DNA from: Sphingomonadales bacterium
GTDB taxonomy: Bacteria > Pseudomonadota > Alphaproteobacteria > Sphingomonadales > Sphingomonadaceae
Direction of reading: 5' to 3'
Assembly: GCA_009993585.1 (NCBI GenBank)
Contig: JAACTG010000114.1
Location: 8,372 to 72,371, forward strand
DNA length: 64,000 nucleotides
The first letter of the stretch is position 1. Every line of letters starts with the position of its first letter. The notes under the pieces were generated by a model. The model was given only the letters and a program-made list of their open reading frames with translations, searched no databases and was not told the origin of the DNA. Below are positions 59,659-64,000 of the stretch, piece by piece. Made by a program: the position numbers and the translations under genes.

Positions 59659-60591
59659 TCAGGCCTTCATCAGGCCGATCTCGACCAGTCGCTCGCGCAG
59701 ATAATCGTCGGCCAGGATCGGCTCGGGATAGCGGTTCGGATGCTCGGCGTCGATGCAGCCGGGCAGTGTGCGAATCGGGAAATCGGACCGCAGGTGGAGG
59801 AAGAACGGCATCGAATAGCGCGCCTTGCTGGCGCGCCCGGCATCGGGATTGCGCACCTGGTGCGTCGTCGATGGCAGGCGGTGGTTGGTCAGCCGCTGAA
59901 GCATGTCGCCGACATTGACGGCGAGCGCTCCCGGCGGCGGATTGACCGGCAGCCAGCTGCCGTCGCGTGCCTTGATCTCGAGTCCCGCCTCTTCGGCGCC
60001 GAGGAGCAGCGTGATCAGGTTGATATCCTCGTGCGCGCCGGCACGAATGCCCGGCGCGCTGCAGTCGACCGGGGGGTAATGGAGCAGGCGCAGGACGCTG
60101 TTGCCGTCGCTGATCGGTCCGTCGAACCAGTCCTCGTCGAGCCCAAGGTAGAGCGCGATCGCCGACAGCAGCTCGCCGCCGACCCGATCGAACTCGTCGT
60201 AGAGCGGGGCGAACGTCTCGCGAAACCCCTCGGGCCGCGTCGGCCAGATGTTGGGCGGCATGCTGTCCGACAGTCTATGGCCTTCGGGCAGGTCGCGGCC
60301 GACGTGCCAGAACTCCTTGAGATCGACGTGCTGCGCATTCTTGGCGATCTCGGTGCCGAACGCGGTATAGCCGCGCGCTCCGGCGCGTCCTTCGAGCAGG
60401 TAGCTCCGCTTTTCCGCCTCGGGCAGCGCGAAGAACGCGCGCGTCAGCTCCCATGCCTGGTCGACGAGCTGCTGATCGAGGCCGTGATCCTTGATCATGG
60501 CAAATCCGAATTGCTCGAACGAGGCGCCGAACGCCTGGGCGAATTCGCGCTTCGGGAGGGTCATCGAGATGACGGGAACCTGATCCGGCAT
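59659..60591 (-). CDS. 2-oxoglutarate/Fe(II)-dependent oxygenase (isopenicillin-N-synthase-like family)
   Basis: Contains HYPP...GAHEDINLITLL (HxD) and ...STTHQVRNP (distal His / Arg). The start is ATG 60591 or 60603. The track ORF to 60987 is an over-extension. Confidence 0.8.
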   Translation of the reverse strand: MPDQVPVISMTLPKREFAQAFGASFEQFGFAMIKDHGLDQQLVDQAWELTRAFFALPEAEKRSYLLEGRAGARGYTAFGTEIAKNAQHVDLKEFWHVGRDLPEGHRLSDSMPPNIWPTRPEGFRETFAPLYDEFDRVGGELLSAIALYLGLDEDWFDGPISDGNSVLRLLHYPPVDCSAPGIRAGAHEDINLITLLLGAEEAGLEIKARDGSWLPVNPPPGALAVNVGDMLQRLTNHRLPSTTHQVRNPDAGRASKARYSMPFFLHLRSDFPIRTLPGCIDAEHPNRYPEPILADDYLRERLVEIGLMKA

Positions 60592-60748
60592 TGGTCTATC
60601 CATTCTGCTGTACGATAAAATCGCGCTACTATATCGTTCAACAACACGAAAGGGCTTGCGATGCATCACGTTTGCCGGAACCTGTACGACCAGCGCGAGT
60701 TGGATCGGCATTGGGCGATCGTCCAAATCTAGGAGTGGGATAATCGAT

Positions 60749-61357
60749 ATGGGTGCAAGATTTTTCAGGGCGGCGCTGCTGGCGGTGCCGATGCTGTTGG
60801 CATCGGCATGCGGTGACAGCACCCTGAACAACGAAGCGGATGCGATCAACGCGACGAGCATCGATGCGCTGCCCGTGCCCGAAGGCCCCGCGAGCGACGA
60901 TCTGTCGAACACGGTCGTCGGAAGCATTCGCAACCTTCCCGATACCGTTCGCTTCATGGCGGCGCTGACCAGTTCGGGCGTCGGCAAAACGCTCGTCGAT
61001 GGCGGTCCCTATACCATTTTCGTTCCCAGCGACTCGGCATTCGACAGCCTGCCCGATGGCGAGCTCGACAAGTTGATGACGCCCGAGAACAAGGCGCGCA
61101 TGGCCGCCATCGTGAACTACCATGTCGTCAAGGGTGCGATAAAAGCATCGGATTTGCGTAGCTTGATTAAAAAGGGCGGCGGCACTGCGGTCATCAAGAC
61201 GCTGGACGGTTCTGACCTGACAGCCAAAGCAGAAGATGATATGATTACGCTGACGGATAACACCGGAAAGGTGGCGACGATTGGGGCCTCGGACATCGCT
61301 GCTGGAAACGGCACGGTCCACCTCATCGACAAACTGCTGCTGCCAAATCCGGGCTGA
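60749..61357 (+). CDS. Fasciclin (FAS1) domain lipoprotein
   Basis: Lipobox LLASAC. FAS1 motifs YTIFVPSDSAF...NYHVV...GTVHLIDKLLLP. Confidence 0.85.
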   Translation: MGARFFRAALLAVPMLLASACGDSTLNNEADAINATSIDALPVPEGPASDDLSNTVVGSIRNLPDTVRFMAALTSSGVGKTLVDGGPYTIFVPSDSAFDSLPDGELDKLMTPENKARMAAIVNYHVVKGAIKASDLRSLIKKGGGTAVIKTLDGSDLTAKAEDDMITLTDNTGKVATIGASDIAAGNGTVHLIDKLLLPNPG

Positions 61358-61544
61358 GATCGGCCGTCAGGCCGTGCGAATGCGGCGCGCGCACATCCCC
61401 CCGCTCACGGCGCGCTTCGCCTGAGGGTCGTTTCGTCCGACGGTTCGCCGAAGGACGGGGCGGCCCTCTTGCCTTGCGGACAGCGAAGACGCTTTCCGCC
61501 GCTGGGCCTTCCAACGTCGATCGCGCTGCGTTAGGCAGGCGGCC

Positions 61545-61979
61545 ATGAGCAAAATCCGATACTGGTTGATGAAGTCCGAACCCGACGCCTATAGCTGGGA
61601 CGACCTGGTCGCCGAGGGCGAAGGCAGGTGGGACGGCGTGCGCAATGCGCAGGCCGCCAATTTCATGCGCGAGATGAGTGTCGGCGATCGCGTCCTGTTC
61701 TACCACAGCATCACCGGCAAGGAAGCGGTCGGGATCATGGAGGTCAGCAAGCCCGCCTATCCCGATCCGACGGCCGAGCAACCCGACAAATGGCCCGACA
61801 AATGGGTCGCCGTCAGCGTCAGGCCGGTGACGAAGCTGAAGCGTCCCGTCACGCTGGCGCAGATGAAGGCCGACGATCGCCTCTCCGAGATGAAGATGTT
61901 GCGCCAGTCGCGGCTGTCGGTCTGTCCGCTGACGACGCGTGAATGGCAGGCGGTCACTGCCATGGCGGAGCAAGGCTGA
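61545..61979 (+). CDS. EVE (PUA-like) domain protein
   Basis: Contains MSKIRYWLMKSEPDAYSWDDL...WDGVRNAQAANFMREMSVGDRVLFYHS, typical of stand-alone EVE proteins. Confidence 0.85.
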   Translation: MSKIRYWLMKSEPDAYSWDDLVAEGEGRWDGVRNAQAANFMREMSVGDRVLFYHSITGKEAVGIMEVSKPAYPDPTAEQPDKWPDKWVAVSVRPVTKLKRPVTLAQMKADDRLSEMKMLRQSRLSVCPLTTREWQAVTAMAEQG

Positions 61980-62017
61980 CCGAAATCCACGCCGAATCGG
62001 TTCGACCGCGCGGGCAT

Positions 62018-62080
62018 TTGCAATTTTGATCCGTTCTGGATATGTTCGTGCAACGGACCATTTGTGTTCCGTTTGGCGTC
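62018..62080 (+). promoter_or_regulatory. Sigma70-like promoter (TTGCAA-N17-TATGTT) overlapped by a perfect GTTC-N7-GTTC box that continues as an 11-bp-phased GTTC-like array
   Basis: The tetramers are GTTC (62033), GTTC (62044), GGAC (62055), GTTC (62066) and CGTC (62077), each separated by exactly 7 nt. The -35 is at 62018-62023 and the -10 at 62041-62046. Confidence 0.5.
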
Positions 62081-62174
62081 GATCGTCGACGCGATTGGGC
62101 CAAAGCGGAACGAGTCGCGATTGTTCGAACGGACGGTATCACCGCAATGGTCGTCCAAAGTCGAGGAGGACGTC

Positions 62175-63200
62175 ATGAGCCCGATGCGAACCGATCAACC
62201 GACGCGGCAATTTCCCGATCTTCACCAGACCACGGTGCTGGCCATTTGCGGCGGCGGATATGACGTCGCGCTGGGCGACGCGACCGGCGGTCATGCCCGC
62301 ATCGTCCGCACCGTGACGATCGACGACGTCGCGCCGCAGGACATGGCGCCACCCGAAACGCGGCTGGTCTGGATCGGTATCGCCGGTCCGCTGGACGACC
62401 AATGGAACGACTGGATCGCCGATCGCATCGCGGCCGATCCCGCCAAGGCCTATATCGTCGATGCGATCGGCGATGCGGCGATCGACAGCGCCTGGGCGTC
62501 GTTCGGGAGCAGTCGCTGCACCGTGCTCGCCGATGCCGACGGCGTCGACCGGCACATCGCGCTGCAATCGGCGATCACCGATCTCGCGCCGGCGGCGTTC
62601 GACAGTCGCGGCGAAAGCCAGCCGAGCGAACTCGACCGGCTGCGCGAGGAGGTGGGGCGCATCGCCCATGCCCTGTCGCGGCTGACCCGATGCGAGGCCG
62701 ACCGGATGCTGGCCCAGCGGCCCGGCGCGGCGGCTCTCGCCGGTCGCGATGCGGCGTCCGGCTGGCCGGTCGATGGCGGCACCCATGGCGTTGCCGACGA
62801 TCGCCACGGCTATGGCTATCAGCCCACGCTCCATCCGCATGGCCAGGGCGGCGTGACCTCGCTCGAGATCCGCAAGATGATCCGCATGCGCCGCTTGCGC
62901 GACAAGCATTTCGATGCTGCGCTGTTCAGCGATCCCGCGTGGGACATGCTGCTCGACCTGATGGCGGCGCGAATCGACCGGCGGCCGGTATCGGTGTCGA
63001 GCCTGTGCATCGCCGCGGCGGTCCCGGCGACGACGGCGCTGCGCTGGATTAAGACGATGACCGAGACGGGCCTGTTCGAACGGCGCAGCGACCCGCATGA
63101 CGGCCGGCGCGTGTTCATCGCGCTGAGCGATCAAGCGGCGAAGGGGCTCGACGCCTATTTCACCGATGTCCGCGCGGTCGGCTCGCTATTGCCGGTGTGA
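62175..63200 (+). CDS. Orphan protein with an unknown N-terminal domain and a C-terminal MarR-like winged-helix domain
   Basis: ATG 62175 follows a strong SD (GAGGAGGA). The C-terminus reads FSDPAWDMLLDLMAARIDRRPVSVSSLCIAAAVPATTALRWIKTMTETGLFERRSDPHDGRRVFIALS. The track start at 62064 (GTG) is less likely. Confidence 0.65.
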   Translation: MSPMRTDQPTRQFPDLHQTTVLAICGGGYDVALGDATGGHARIVRTVTIDDVAPQDMAPPETRLVWIGIAGPLDDQWNDWIADRIAADPAKAYIVDAIGDAAIDSAWASFGSSRCTVLADADGVDRHIALQSAITDLAPAAFDSRGESQPSELDRLREEVGRIAHALSRLTRCEADRMLAQRPGAAALAGRDAASGWPVDGGTHGVADDRHGYGYQPTLHPHGQGGVTSLEIRKMIRMRRLRDKHFDAALFSDPAWDMLLDLMAARIDRRPVSVSSLCIAAAVPATTALRWIKTMTETGLFERRSDPHDGRRVFIALSDQAAKGLDAYFTDVRAVGSLLPV

Positions 63201-63215
63201 TGCCGGCCGGGACGG

Positions 63216-63291
63216 TGGTGGGCGCTGACGGGCTCGAACCGCCGACCCTCTCGGTGTAAACGAGATGCTCTACCAACTGAGCTAAGCGCCC
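63216..63291 (-). tRNA. tRNA-Val (anticodon TAC)
   Basis: The reverse complement is GGGCGCTTAGCTCAGTTGGTAGAGCATCTCGTTTACACCGAGAGGGTCGGCGGTTCGAGCCCGTCAGCGCCCACCA. Anticodon loop TT-TAC-AC. Confidence 0.9.
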
Positions 63292-63339
63292 ATCCCGGCG
63301 GCCCGTGCCCCTAGCGGTCGCCCGCCGGGGGTGCAAGCG

Positions 63340-64000
<661 letters not shown>

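Noticed and set aside
62123-62130. The palindrome GTTCGAAC and the nearby GGAAC in the leader of the orphan gene.
   Set aside because: It is too short (8 bp) and isolated. It fits neither the LexA geometry (N7 direct repeat) nor the EcfG geometry (no CGTT at 16-17 nt).

Overview
This is a gene-dense chromosomal segment of roughly 65% GC with about 70 protein-coding genes and 4 tRNA genes (Gln-TTG, Glu-CTC, Glu-TTC, Val-TAC). I saw no rRNA, CRISPR array, transposase, integrase or phage genes. By inference it looks like core genome of a sphingomonad-like alphaproteobacterium. Support for that: a PhyR-NepR-EcfG general stress response (GSR) locus, tonB-exbB-exbD-exbD, yfgM-bamB-der, lptFG, purL, parC, glnE, queA, tgt, recJ, glpX and acnA.

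Most long ORFs in the six-frame track are Arg/Ala/Gly-rich antisense shadows of the real genes, or N-terminally over-extended versions of them. I re-picked starts wherever an ATG or GTG with a Shine-Dalgarno (SD) sequence, or a start/stop overlap, was visible.

The points most worth a second look:
1. An uncharacterised radical-SAM / hemerythrin / DUF4130-UDG4 module sits directly behind a perfect GTTC-N7-GTTC (alphaproteobacterial LexA-type) box.
2. A second perfect GTTC-N7-GTTC box overlaps a sigma70-like -10 hexamer. It extends into a five-unit, 11-bp-phased GTTC-like array in front of an orphan 341-aa protein with a C-terminal winged-helix domain. That gene lies next to an EVE-domain gene and tRNA-Val.
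3. The GSR locus has an unusual layout: phyR-smORF-ecfG on one strand and nepR plus a PhyT-like kinase on the other. It also carries an extra NepR-like small ORF and a 43-codon membrane ORF below the track cutoff.
4. A ~470-bp block of ~52% GC lies inside the 3' end of the otherwise ~66% GC purL gene.
5. Two tandem tRNA-Glu genes are identical except for the wobble base of the anticodon.

I found no clear self-contained novel defence or mobile system. The two SOS-box-associated loci are the best candidates for undescribed biology. All family names are recalled from sequence motifs, not from searches.
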